This document shows, piece by piece, positions 1-8,766 of a DNA stretch of 64,000 bases. The position numbers and the translations under genes were made by a program. Under the pieces are notes generated by a model. That model saw only the letters and a program-made list of their open reading frames with translations. It did not search any database and was not told where the DNA came from. Source of the stretch: an uncultured virus (IMG/VR IMGVR_UViG_3300021378_000017) (Duplodnaviria; Heunggongvirae; Uroviricota; Caudoviricetes); the IMG/VR virus record IMGVR_UViG_3300021378_000017; one strand, 5' to 3'. Every line of letters begins with the position of its first letter. Position 1 is the stretch's first letter.

Positions 1-502
1 GAGGTCCAACTCCTCGTGCTTCAGCCCCTGTGGCTTTAGCAACATCTATTCGGGTTGACCTTACTATTTGTCTTTCCCGAACTAGATTATCAATTCCTTG
101 TCTTTCTACTACTCTAAACCAGGTTCCGCCACCTGCAGTTTTGAGAGCATCTATTAATAATTCAGTACCACCTTGGGTAACTGCAGTAGAGAATGATGCT
201 ATATTATCTACTGATTTTCTTTGGCCTGTTAAATCTTTAAATGAATATACTGCAACAACGGGCATATCCTTTGCTGGAGGTAAATTTAATAAATCTACAT
301 ATGCTGGTAACCTAACAGCCGTTGGTTCATCAACACAGATATACTTTCTTGCCATTGCTTTCTGTATACCCATTTGCAAATGTCTATTAAAACCTTGGTC
401 ATACTTTCCTTCTAAGTCATTACAATCCTGTGGATTTGGACTCCACTGTGGGACTGATGCGCATCCGCTAAGCATTAACAATAATAAAATATACTTAGCC
501 AC
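1..502 (-). CDS. csgG: Curli secretion channel CsgG-like lipoprotein (runs off window start)
   Basis: Not in ORF track. Manual translation from GTG at 502: MAKYILLLLMLSGC (lipobox)...PVVAVYSFKDLTGQRK...STAVTQGG...LIDALK...WFRVVERQGIDNLVRERQIVRSTR, the CsgG signature. Adjacent to csgF. Confidence 0.9.
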   Translation of the reverse strand, partial: MAKYILLLLMLSGCASVPQWSPNPQDCNDLEGKYDQGFNRHLQMGIQKAMARKYICVDEPTAVRLPAYVDLLNLPPAKDMPVVAVYSFKDLTGQRKSVDNIASFSTAVTQGGTELLIDALKTAGGGTWFRVVERQGIDNLVRERQIVRSTRIDVAKATGAEARGVGP

Positions 503-977
503 CGTCTGAATCCTGTCCAAAATTTCCAGTTCCTACTGGTATTTCAATAACGGTTGTAGTTCCATCTGAATCTACAATAGTCATTTTAATATATTCAGAT
601 CCATCCTCATTTGTTAAAACTTCGTATGTAACAACATTACCTTCTAATGTAAATGAGCCAAATCTTACAGATCCATCATTACTAAACATAGATTCAACTA
701 ATTGTTTTGACATCTGAGAGTATATTCTACTCTCTAAGTTTCTAATAAACTTAGCCATTGTAGTGTTTTCAGCTTCTCTTTCTGCTGCTTTTCTTGCAGC
801 CTCTAAAGCATCTTCAATTGCTTTTTTACGAGAATGTTCTTGGTTCTCAATTGTTAAATAGTGTGCACCTGTTCCAGCTCCACTAAATGACGGGTTTTTA
901 AATCCAAATTTTATTTCATCAGCAAATACCGGAAATGATAGTATCATTCCTATTAATGCTATATTTTTAATCTTCAT
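495..977 (-). CDS. csgF: Curli assembly protein CsgF-like
   Basis: Signal peptide then F.FKNPSFSG; FIRNLESRIYSQMSKQL; C-terminal TTTVIEIP; next to csgG. Confidence 0.8.
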   Translation of the reverse strand: MKIKNIALIGMILSFPVFADEIKFGFKNPSFSGAGTGAHYLTIENQEHSRKKAIEDALEAARKAAEREAENTTMAKFIRNLESRIYSQMSKQLVESMFSNDGSVRFGSFTLEGNVVTYEVLTNEDGSEYIKMTIVDSDGTTTVIEIPVGTGNFGQDSDGG

Positions 978-1233
978 TTTTCTTTTCCATATCTAATAAT
1001 TTCTGTCTTTCTCTATACTCTAGTACTACTTTAACCTTTTCTTGTAATCTAATCATATCTTGATCAAGCATTCTAACTTGGTCTATTAAACGTATTAAAC
1101 CAAAATGCATTTCTTCAAGCTTTGGCTCTAATTCATTAGAAACAAATTGCCACACATAAAAAACAAAATAACCAAGTCCTACTAACGCTACTGTTTCAAA
1201 TCCGAATTCTATAATTAATCCAGCTATGTCCAT
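967..1233 (-). CDS. Small single-TM + coiled-coil protein (holin-like)
   Basis: N-terminal hydrophobic helix then heptad pattern; resembles 1240..1536. Confidence 0.55.
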   Translation of the reverse strand: MDIAGLIIEFGFETVALVGLGYFVFYVWQFVSNELEPKLEEMHFGLIRLIDQVRMLDQDMIRLQEKVKVVLEYRERQKLLDMEKKNED

Positions 1234-1239
1234 AATACG

Positions 1240-1536
1240 TTAGTCTCTTCTTGTATCGATTTTTCCATCCTCTACAAAATTTTCGGATCTGGCCACTCGG
1301 TCGATAGGTGGTGTTAATTCTAAAGCACTAGATACTAATAAATCAATCTTAATAATTTCATTATTCATAGATCTAGCTCTATTTTCTAAAGATTTGGTAA
1401 ATATAGTTAGTGTGTTTATTTGATCTAATACACCACTAAATATTTGTTTAATTACAATAAAGACAAAGACACCACATGATATTGCAGCTGCAATAGGCAC
1501 GCCGACGTCTTTAATTAAAGTAAACAAATCTTCCAT
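1240..1536 (-). CDS. Small single-TM + coiled-coil protein (holin-like)
   Basis: GVPIAAAISCGVFVFIVI TM segment; directly downstream of a late promoter. Confidence 0.55.
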   Translation of the reverse strand: MEDLFTLIKDVGVPIAAAISCGVFVFIVIKQIFSGVLDQINTLTIFTKSLENRARSMNNEIIKIDLLVSSALELTPPIDRVARSENFVEDGKIDTRRD

Positions 1537-1542
1537 ATAATC

Positions 1543-1550
1543 TATTTATA
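1543..1550 (-). promoter_or_regulatory. T4-type late promoter TATAAATA
   Basis: Exact motif 6 nt upstream of the ATG at 1536. Confidence 0.8.
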
Positions 1551-1561
1551 AGATTAATTGT

Positions 1562-1879
1562 TTAGAACGATATTGACTGTCCACAGCCGCAGGACGCGAC
1601 CTCGTTTGGATTTAAGAATTTGAATTGTGAATTTAGACCCTCGGTTTGATAATCAAGGGTCATATTCATAAAGTTATGAAGCTGGCCTGTTTCAACAACT
1701 AAGATATAATCGCCATAATCTATTATGTGATCGTCTGCATCGCTGTCAGTAACAAATACAAACTGGTATTTCCAACCGTTGCAACCAGCAGGAAGAAGCC
1801 CAATTCTGATAATATTTTCACCAGCCTTGCGCGTCTTTTCGACGAGTTTTTCATGCGCTATCTCGGTTATATCTATCAT
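1562..1879 (-). CDS. iscA: IscA/HesB-family Fe-S cluster carrier
   Basis: GCNGWKY, LDY, FKFLNPNEVASCGCGQS motifs. Confidence 0.9.
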   Translation of the reverse strand: MIDITEIAHEKLVEKTRKAGENIIRIGLLPAGCNGWKYQFVFVTDSDADDHIIDYGDYILVVETGQLHNFMNMTLDYQTEGLNSQFKFLNPNEVASCGCGQSISF

Positions 1880-1890
1880 ACGGCATTAAC

Positions 1891-2142
1891 TTAATTGCTG
1901 TAAGCGATTTTAACTACTTTAAATGTTGCACCACCTTCTAAAGTATTAGCAGGTGCTTTAGCCAATACAATTTCTGTATTAGCTAACATCTGAATAGTAC
2001 CTAAGGTAGCACCACCAGCTGCTGCTTTTTGTGTTATAGTTCCAGCTGCAGTTGCTAATACTCTAACGACTGTTGCTTCTCCTACTGTAGTAGCTGATGC
2101 AAGATCTGTTTGAGATCCTAAAAGTTTAATTGTGCTTGCCAT
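1891..2142 (-). CDS. Hypothetical small beta-rich protein (possible virion decoration)
   Basis: ORF with AGGAG RBS; Ala/Thr-rich. Confidence 0.55.
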   Translation of the reverse strand: MASTIKLLGSQTDLASATTVGEATVVRVLATAAGTITQKAAAGGATLGTIQMLANTEIVLAKAPANTLEGGATFKVVKIAYSN

Positions 2143-2155
2143 TTCTTTCTCCTTA

Positions 2156-2347
2156 TTATGAACTAATTAAATTAAGTTCATTTATTGATTTATGCCAGTC
2201 TGAGTATCTAAAAAGACCTTGCTTTTCATGACACCAATACCAACCTTTACTTTCTTGTTCCTCTTGTGGAATACTAGATTCGACCTTTAAAGGGCCTCTA
2301 ATCTTCCCATAAGTCTTTCTGCTCTGTTCGTTACTTGCTTGTACCAT
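2156..2347 (-). CDS. Hypothetical protein (start uncertain)
   Basis: Fills the gap after the lysozyme; KGWYWCHE...FRYSDW. Confidence 0.4.
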   Translation of the reverse strand: MVQASNEQSRKTYGKIRGPLKVESSIPQEEQESKGWYWCHEKQGLFRYSDWHKSINELNLISS

Positions 2348-2757
2348 CTTGAATCTCTCCCTTCAATAGCCGCTACCGGCCAATCACCACATTGCAGCGC
2401 TGCGTTGTGCTTTTTAAATTTACTTAAGCGCGTAAGTCCCATGTTGAACATCATGTTCGCAATGACTTGTTTCACTTCTTGTGGATATCCATCCCACCCG
2501 TCGTGTAATTTTTTACAATCCTCGATTACTGTTTCTACATCCTTGGCAAAACATTCAATGACTCTATCCTCTGCCACTGGAGTACCGACCTCCAACCCAT
2601 ATTCTGGGTCTCCTTCAAGTACCAAGTGTCCAATGCCAAATGTAGCATAACCGAGGTGATCATGATAAACCTCATTTACCTGTCCCTCGTCTATAATTAA
2701 TTGTTCTCTTAATTGATCTACATCAATCACCGTTTTTTCTTCTTTATTCCAAAACAT
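2287..2757 (-). CDS. e: GH24 T4-type lysozyme / endolysin
   Basis: LIIDEG...YHDHLGYATFGIGHL catalytic E-D-T; NMMFNMG; SRWYKQVTNRAERL. Confidence 0.92.
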   Translation of the reverse strand: MFWNKEEKTVIDVDQLREQLIIDEGQVNEVYHDHLGYATFGIGHLVLEGDPEYGLEVGTPVAEDRVIECFAKDVETVIEDCKKLHDGWDGYPQEVKQVIANMMFNMGLTRLSKFKKHNAALQCGDWPVAAIEGRDSRWYKQVTNRAERLMGRLEAL

Positions 2758-2758
2758 T

Positions 2759-3121
2759 TTATACTCCAGTTACTAATTCCGTATGCTTAGTTTCATACAC
2801 ATCGGATTCTTTTATTCCAGCCCACCATAATAAATATTTTTCTTGGTACGCTAATTCATTTGCATGATTGTGTGGTTCTGTACCTACAATCAAATTTGTT
2901 TGATTCTCATCAGGTATGGTATATACCATTGATTTTGTAGCAGTAATAGTACTGTCTACATATCCCATATACAAATAACTTTGTTCATCACCGTTTTCAT
3001 CATTGTACGTCTTTGTTAATTCAGTATCTGTACTATGTTTATTTAAGGTGACGTTAATTGTCTTTGTTACATTAGAATCATCTCTAATAATGTCTAACTT
3101 TATATCTATATGTATTGTCAT
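2759..3121 (-). CDS. Hypothetical protein (tail-fibre associated?)
   Basis: ORF track; position within fibre cluster. Confidence 0.45.
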   Translation of the reverse strand: MTIHIDIKLDIIRDDSNVTKTINVTLNKHSTDTELTKTYNDENGDEQSYLYMGYVDSTITATKSMVYTIPDENQTNLIVGTEPHNHANELAYQEKYLLWWAGIKESDVYETKHTELVTGV

Positions 3122-3133
3122 TGTTTTTTCCTA

Positions 3134-3892
3134 TTAGAAACAGTTATTTGAAGTTGCTTGACAATGAATATCAAAGTCGTGACTTACAACTAGTGTATCA
3201 TTATATCCTGTGCCTCTTAAATATACTTTAGCGGTACCAATCATCCGTCTTGCATTACTAGCATAACATTCAGCTCCGACTGCGGCTTCAAGAGATGTTG
3301 TTACATCGCCTGTACTTCCGATCGCTCCCCATGAATTATTATTTACTACACTAACGCTACCCATTCCAGTATTCGTTTGTGTATAATCTAAATGTATTTT
3401 AGCATGAGTTATATCACCACTATCAATCGTGGTATTATTCTTTGAAGCCATTACTTCGGTTGTGCTTAATACAAAACTACCACCTGCGTTATTATAACTT
3501 GAAATGGCTCCGCTATATGTCTCTTTTACATATAGGTATACCCCATATGAATTAGAAAACAGCCTAAAACTAAGTCCGGCCTTATTGAAACTAGGATTAA
3601 CTATAGCAGAATATCCAGCTTTAGCACTTGTTAAACTATAACCTGAAGCAGAAGCTAATTCAACTGAATTCGTAACCATAGCTGGATAATCTACAGTTGC
3701 AGATGCTCCATAGAAATCAGCAAAATCTATCTCTGTGCCTAGTGTACTATTAATAGTTCTACCAGATGCAGCCGTTAAATTTCTAATATCAGTATCATTT
3801 AACGAAGAGATTGAGGTGGCCGCATAACCAGACCCTGCAGCCTCTACGTGAATATCTGCTAATGATATTGCTCCTGATGTTTGTAATGCCAT
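3134..3892 (-). CDS. Putative tail fibre / adhesin
   Basis: MALQTSGAISLADI...IDFADFYGA N-terminal module typical of distal fibre proteins; S/T/G-rich. Confidence 0.6.
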   Translation of the reverse strand: MALQTSGAISLADIHVEAAGSGYAATSISSLNDTDIRNLTAASGRTINSTLGTEIDFADFYGASATVDYPAMVTNSVELASASGYSLTSAKAGYSAIVNPSFNKAGLSFRLFSNSYGVYLYVKETYSGAISSYNNAGGSFVLSTTEVMASKNNTTIDSGDITHAKIHLDYTQTNTGMGSVSVVNNNSWGAIGSTGDVTTSLEAAVGAECYASNARRMIGTAKVYLRGTGYNDTLVVSHDFDIHCQATSNNCF

Positions 3893-3895
3893 TTA

Positions 3896-4750
3896 TTATG
3901 CCTCTTGCCTAGTATAAGCTTTAATATGTGTAAAGGTATTACTTGTTATATTATAAACACAGCCCCATATCATTAACTTTGGTTCAATAGAACTATCACT
4001 TATATCATAAGGAAATGTATATGAATTTTCAGTACACCAATCTTTTACAATATTCGCATCTGATAGAAAATAAACATCGATATTTTCATTTATATTATCA
4101 GATTTATCGTGTATTCTAGCATAGAAGTGGTAACTACCTAATGGAAGTCCATTTAATACTTCAATATAAGTATCTGGGTCAACTCTTTCCATTTCCTCTG
4201 CAGGAATAACAAACTTAGCTAAGACATCTTCTGTAACCTTATCAAACTTTAAACCATACCATGACATATATTGTTCGTAAGTTGCATTAAATGTTGTTTT
4301 AATCGCATCCGATGGTTCTTCAAAGTTGTAAAAAGAGATACTATCATTAGTATATGGTGGTCTTTGAGCTGTATACTCTGCTACTAGGTTTTTACCGTGA
4401 GTAGTATATGAAGAAATTTCCTCTGGCCATGTAGCTTGTAATTTTGCAACAATAGCTTGGCCTTGTGTTGTACCTACTGCATAATCATTTCTTGATACAC
4501 TTCCATCCATATAAGTTATATCGTGAGCACTATCTTCGTTTACTACTCTGGCAACATTAATTTGTGCTTTAACTGAGCCATGATTCTCATGGTAAATGTT
4601 TAAGATTTTATCCTTTGATTTAGTTTCGTTTAAAGCAGAATCATTGTCTCTTTCAGACGGGCATTCTATCTTAATATTATCTTTAACCAATGTAGTAGTA
4701 TACCCAGAAGGTGAATTTAGGTTTTCAGTGTGTGTAATTATAATCGACAT
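3896..4750 (-). CDS. Hypothetical protein in tail-fibre cluster
   Basis: Tightly packed between two fibre-like genes. Confidence 0.45.
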   Translation of the reverse strand: MSIIITHTENLNSPSGYTTTLVKDNIKIECPSERDNDSALNETKSKDKILNIYHENHGSVKAQINVARVVNEDSAHDITYMDGSVSRNDYAVGTTQGQAIVAKLQATWPEEISSYTTHGKNLVAEYTAQRPPYTNDSISFYNFEEPSDAIKTTFNATYEQYMSWYGLKFDKVTEDVLAKFVIPAEEMERVDPDTYIEVLNGLPLGSYHFYARIHDKSDNINENIDVYFLSDANIVKDWCTENSYTFPYDISDSSIEPKLMIWGCVYNITSNTFTHIKAYTRQEA

Positions 4751-4751
4751 A

Positions 4752-6134
4752 TTACGATAGTCCCGTTATATTTATTGTTGAAGTGTTATTACTACTTGGA
4801 GTAGTATTATTGCCAAAATAATTACTATAGGCTTGAGAAGTAGTCCAGGAATAAGTCATACTTGTATAGCTAGTCCCATCAAAAAATGTTGCAGAAGTTG
4901 CAGCAGTTCTAGCAAGAGTTAAATCTGGACTACCGCTAGTATTAGATTGGTTTAGATAAATTTCAACTGCTGTCCAGCCAGAATTTGCCCATGAAGTTCC
5001 ATGGTCTGAGCTATGATCTTCGAAGACAAGTCTGAATTGTTGAGATGATGAGCCATTATTAACAGAGAAAAAACGGGCTTCTGTTATTTTTACATCATTC
5101 GCATTTCTAGTTAAACCACCAAAGGTAATTGTACCAGTATCCGGGAAAGAAGCATTGCCTAAAGTATCACTAACACCAGTTGTAGCTGTTTCTCCTTCCT
5201 GATAGCCACTAAAATAGTTAGTAACATAACCACCACCCGTTGCGTAAAAGTCAGGTAGTATGGTAGTACTATGATCAATTATTAGTCCTTGAAAAGTTTT
5301 ACCATAAAAATCAGAAAATTTAATCTGAGCAGGAGGACTACCTTCTTCTGGAATCCCTGTCACATTACCTATTAAATCGCCATTTCTATAATAGTCTGAT
5401 AATTTAACATTTAAACTATCCGCACCACCCATTTCTTCTGCGATTCCGTTATTACTAGTTGTAGTTGTAGTACCAGATATAATTTCTACATCATAAGAAG
5501 TACCCGAGCTTGGTGTACCTAATGAAGTTATTGCGTTATATACAGTACCAGAAGTTCCGTGCCATTCCCACCAGCTATTTCCGTTTTCATAGGAGTCATA
5601 AGCTAAATCATCTCTGTCTATTGTAACAACAGTTCCCCCGTTTGTTGTAATTTTAATCTTTTCAAAGGTATTATCGGTGTTAGTAACACTACTACCCGAT
5701 AATGCAAATCCAAAAATTCTAGTGTTAGTATTTGGGCTAGGTGATGCATCAGGCAATCCCCATAAAAGAAATCTTATTGTTCTATTGACTGATGACTTAT
5801 CTGAATATGTATTAGAACCCAGACTTCCAAATGCGCTTTGACTACTATAGCCTCTCAGTTCACCCTGTATTCCTAGAGCAGTATTCATTGGCCAACGTTG
5901 GTGAATATAACTACTGGAAAAGTTACTTGCTGTTTGGTTAAATCCATACAGATCGCCTTGCCACATTAGAACATTTGAGAACGTGCCATCGCCAACTTCG
6001 ACCCTTTGCCTGATGGTAAGGAGGGCATCAAGTCCAGTTGTCATAGTAGTATCGAGTAACTTATTGTCAACAGTCTCTGATGGATTGGTTCCTGCGTTTT
6101 GTAAGGCCAGTGGACCGCTTGAAATTATTGTCAT
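4752..6134 (-). CDS. Putative tail fibre / adhesin
   Basis: S/T/G/N-rich; LSDYYRNG...IP...IKFSDFYGK module. Confidence 0.6.
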   Translation of the reverse strand: MTIISSGPLALQNAGTNPSETVDNKLLDTTMTTGLDALLTIRQRVEVGDGTFSNVLMWQGDLYGFNQTASNFSSSYIHQRWPMNTALGIQGELRGYSSQSAFGSLGSNTYSDKSSVNRTIRFLLWGLPDASPSPNTNTRIFGFALSGSSVTNTDNTFEKIKITTNGGTVVTIDRDDLAYDSYENGNSWWEWHGTSGTVYNAITSLGTPSSGTSYDVEIISGTTTTTSNNGIAEEMGGADSLNVKLSDYYRNGDLIGNVTGIPEEGSPPAQIKFSDFYGKTFQGLIIDHSTTILPDFYATGGGYVTNYFSGYQEGETATTGVSDTLGNASFPDTGTITFGGLTRNANDVKITEARFFSVNNGSSSQQFRLVFEDHSSDHGTSWANSGWTAVEIYLNQSNTSGSPDLTLARTAATSATFFDGTSYTSMTYSWTTSQAYSNYFGNNTTPSSNNTSTINITGLS

Positions 6135-6397
6135 TTAATAATCCCCGTAATTAAATCTTCAAATTGTTCTATCTTCTCTACTCTATTAGGCCAAAGAATA
6201 TATTCTTTTTCTGGATTTTTCTTTAAATTTGTTAACAATGGTAATATAGCATTATATAATTTATTTAGTTTTTCTTCAGCTTCTTGTAAACTAGCTGATG
6301 TATCAGAAGCTTGTGTCGTAACTTTCTGTACTGCTTCTAATTCGTTTTCGTCAACAGCTGTAAAGCCAAAATCAAAATCTAAATTTATATCTGCCAT
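6131..6397 (-). CDS. Conserved T4-like hypothetical protein
   Basis: FDFGFTAVDENEL...LKKNPEKEYILWPNR; late promoter upstream. Confidence 0.6.
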   Translation of the reverse strand: MADINLDFDFGFTAVDENELEAVQKVTTQASDTSASLQEAEEKLNKLYNAILPLLTNLKKNPEKEYILWPNRVEKIEQFEDLITGIIK

Positions 6398-6399
6398 TT

Positions 6400-6540
6400 T
6401 TATACCTCGTAACTATTTATATGCTTATGCTTCTCTTTCCTAGGAATTTTTTTAGTTTTATCTTCCTGGATTTTAGTCAAAGCATGCACTGGAACTATCT
6501 TCCTAACTTTTATATTTCTGTTATTAAACGTCAGTTTCAT
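6400..6540 (-). CDS. 46-aa basic protein with ArfA-like RKxKHK tail
   Basis: Manual translation MKLTFNNRNIKVRKIVPVHALTKIQEDKTKKIPRKEKHKHINSYEV; fills the gap exactly. Confidence 0.55.
   Translation of the reverse strand: MKLTFNNRNIKVRKIVPVHALTKIQEDKTKKIPRKEKHKHINSYEV
6414..6421 (-). promoter_or_regulatory. Late promoter TATAAATA
   Basis: Exact motif upstream of GAGG RBS and ATG at 6397. Confidence 0.75.
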
Positions 6541-7948
6541 CGTTCTTTCTTGTCCAATCACTCATACCAAACCTTAAGCTTGGATTAATTGCTATTCTCA
6601 TAAGTGTCATTAATTCTCTATTAACTAACATTTCACTTGCTGAGTCTTCTTCAGTTAAACCAATAAATGCGTTATATGATCTACCATTAAATTTAATTGT
6701 AAGTTCTACCTTAGCTCTTTCAATTTTATTATTAGGACCTCTAACACCTACTGATTTTCCAAGGTATTTGTTAACGAATTTTTGACCATTCTTTTCCCAA
6801 TAAACTTTATTATTTTTAATCTCTACTTTATCGACATGTAACATGGAAGCATCTGTTCCATTACCTGTATCAAACTTAGCTCTAATAGGTAGTTTATAAC
6901 CTTCAATATGAACTGTCTCTATATATCCAGCTTCTTGTCTAAACCAGCTTTTTCTATTGTATGGTTCTAATATATGCTTAATCATTAAATCAATTGCTTT
7001 CTCAGCAGTTAAAGGTTTAGTAGGTTTATTAGTTTCTAAATCATAACCCATAAAGTGTGATTTAGCACCAGGCGAACCGTTTACCTCAACGACATATATT
7101 TCACCATTAACTACAGTATGATCAACTCCACAATAATATGCACCAGTTGCTCGAGCAGCATTTAGTATTACTTCTACCTCTTTTTCAGATAGTTTATATG
7201 GAATTGCTTCTGCACCCCTATGAACATTTTTTCTGAAGTCCTTAGATTTTTTAGTTTGTCTTCTTTCAGCTGATGCCATAATATGGCCATTTATTACAAG
7301 TGTTCTAATATCAGATTTCATTTCTAAATATTCTTGTAATAATAACTGTGCTTCAAACTTCCATAAAGATTGGCATACTGAGATTAATGAATCATATGAT
7401 TCGACCTTAGATACACCAATACCTTGTGTTCCTGTAAGTGTTTTTATAATTAATGGATATTTACCACCAACGCTTTTTACTGCTAAATCAATAGATTCTT
7501 CATTGTTTAAAATAACTGTTTTAGGTATCTGCACATTGTTTCTTTGTAATGCGATACTTGTTGCCATTTTATTATTACATAACAACATAGATTCTAAATC
7601 GTTTATTAAAAAGAATCCAGCTGTTTGTAAAGATGATACTAATGCTTGCCCTACTAAGGTTCCTACAGCACCAGCCCTAACAAAGATGATTGTATTATCA
7701 ATGTCTAAAGATATAAGTTTACCTTCACCATCAATATTATGTATTTCAACCTTTCTTAGTTCTACATCGCTATCCGCTAGGAATGCTTTGTTGGTGTGTA
7801 TAATTGTGCATTTAACATCGTTAAACTCACAAACATTAGAGATTATGTCAGCAGCAGTTCCTTCATCAGCATCTAGTGCCAATACAGCAACTTCTGTGAC
7901 TCCTCGTTTTTCTATCTCTTCCGTGATGTAGCCATTAAAATTAATCAT
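6524..7948 (-). CDS. rimK: RimK-family ATP-grasp ligase fused to a C-terminal retropepsin-like (RimB-type) protease
   Basis: YPLIIKTLTGTQGIGV, LLQEYL, DIR, FRKNVHRG, GVD, EVNGSPG; C-terminal AKFDTGN. Confidence 0.85.
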   Translation of the reverse strand: MINFNGYITEEIEKRGVTEVAVLALDADEGTAADIISNVCEFNDVKCTIIHTNKAFLADSDVELRKVEIHNIDGEGKLISLDIDNTIIFVRAGAVGTLVGQALVSSLQTAGFFLINDLESMLLCNNKMATSIALQRNNVQIPKTVILNNEESIDLAVKSVGGKYPLIIKTLTGTQGIGVSKVESYDSLISVCQSLWKFEAQLLLQEYLEMKSDIRTLVINGHIMASAERRQTKKSKDFRKNVHRGAEAIPYKLSEKEVEVILNAARATGAYYCGVDHTVVNGEIYVVEVNGSPGAKSHFMGYDLETNKPTKPLTAEKAIDLMIKHILEPYNRKSWFRQEAGYIETVHIEGYKLPIRAKFDTGNGTDASMLHVDKVEIKNNKVYWEKNGQKFVNKYLGKSVGVRGPNNKIERAKVELTIKFNGRSYNAFIGLTEEDSASEMLVNRELMTLMRIAINPSLRFGMSDWTRKNDETDV

Positions 7949-7953
7949 ACTAC

Positions 7954-7961
7954 TATTTATA
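7954..7961 (-). promoter_or_regulatory. Late promoter TATAAATA
   Basis: Exact motif 5 nt upstream of the rimK ATG. Confidence 0.8.
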
Positions 7962-7968
7962 AGATTTC

Positions 7969-8226
7969 TTACTTAGTAGCTTCCATTAATGCCTCTATAT
8001 CCTCAACTTCTGTAACAATTTCAGATATATTTTGCTTATGAAAAGCCTTTGACATTTTCCTTAGAATTTTCTTTGGAATTTCAACATCGTCTTCCAATGC
8101 TTCAATAGCTTCTTTTACAAAAGCCCTTTCACTTTCCATTCTAATATAAGAGTTACTAATCTCTTGCATTGCTTCTCTGATACGTTTTTTGTCTGCATCC
8201 GACGATGGTATAATAATATTACTCAT
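7969..8226 (-). CDS. dsbA: T4 DsbA-like dsDNA-binding protein
   Basis: 85-aa helical protein, EISNS...E...IPKKILRKM.K.FHKQ pattern. Confidence 0.65.
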   Translation of the reverse strand: MSNIIIPSSDADKKRIREAMQEISNSYIRMESERAFVKEAIEALEDDVEIPKKILRKMSKAFHKQNISEIVTEVEDIEALMEATK

Positions 8227-8286
8227 TTCACTTTCCTTTTTTAGTTAATAATTATATATTCTAATATACATTCAAGTATATATTTT

Positions 8287-8363
8287 TGGCGCACCCTCCA
8301 GGATTCGAACCTGGGACCCACAGCTTAGAAGGCTGTTGCTCTATCCAGCTGAGCTAAGGGCGC
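8287..8363 (-). tRNA. tRNA-Arg(TCT) with encoded CCA
   Basis: GCGCCCTTAGCTCAGCTGGATAGAGCAACAGCCTTCTAAGCTGTGGGTCCCAGGTTCGAATCCTGGAGGGTGCGCCA; cloverleaf, anticodon TCT. Confidence 0.97.
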
Positions 8364-8500
8364 TGCACCTCTTTTTTATCCTGATCTTTTTTTTCGTCTT
8401 TCTTCTTTTTACCAAAGATAGCTTCCCAGTTATCAGAATATGCTTTACTTGGACCCTTACTTTTAATAGAATCCCCTGTTATTTCGTTTTTTGTTACCAT
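8354..8500 (-). CDS. 48-aa hypothetical protein
   Basis: MVTKNEITGDSIKSKGPSKAYSDNWEAIFGKKKK...; stop lies inside the tRNA 5' end. Confidence 0.6.
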   Translation of the reverse strand: MVTKNEITGDSIKSKGPSKAYSDNWEAIFGKKKKDEKKDQDKKEVQRP

Positions 8501-8519
8501 AAGTCTTATAAATAGTTAT

Positions 8520-8630
8520 ATGATTAAATTATACTGGAAGAAATTTCACAGGATGATGAAATCTGGAAGAATATCCAAGGTGGTCAGAAAATTCTGCCCT
8601 ACTACCAATGATGGATCACTCCAGAAATAA
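8520..8630 (+). CDS. 36-aa basic peptide behind a plus-strand late promoter
   Basis: TATAAATA at 8507-8514, then MIKLYWKKFHRMMKSGRISKVVRKFCPTTNDGSLQK. Confidence 0.45.
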   Translation: MIKLYWKKFHRMMKSGRISKVVRKFCPTTNDGSLQK

Positions 8631-8766
8631 TAACCAAATTTGTTATAATATAAATTAAAATAATTATTGTCCTTGCAATCGCTACATGATCGTTTTGGCG
8701 ATCATCATTTACACTTGCCTTTCCGCCTAAAGATTTAGCCCATATCTTCCAGAGATATTTAAGCAC
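8602..8766 (-). CDS. 54-aa membrane protein
   Basis: GTG start with GAGG upstream; MLKYLWKIWAKSLGGKAS...VAIARTIIILIYIITNLVIISGVIHHW. Confidence 0.6.
   Translation of the reverse strand: MLKYLWKIWAKSLGGKASVNDDRQNDHVAIARTIIILIYIITNLVIISGVIHHW

Noticed and set aside
30..509. 159-aa plus-strand ORF
   Set aside because: Antisense shadow of csgG, which reads clearly on the minus strand.
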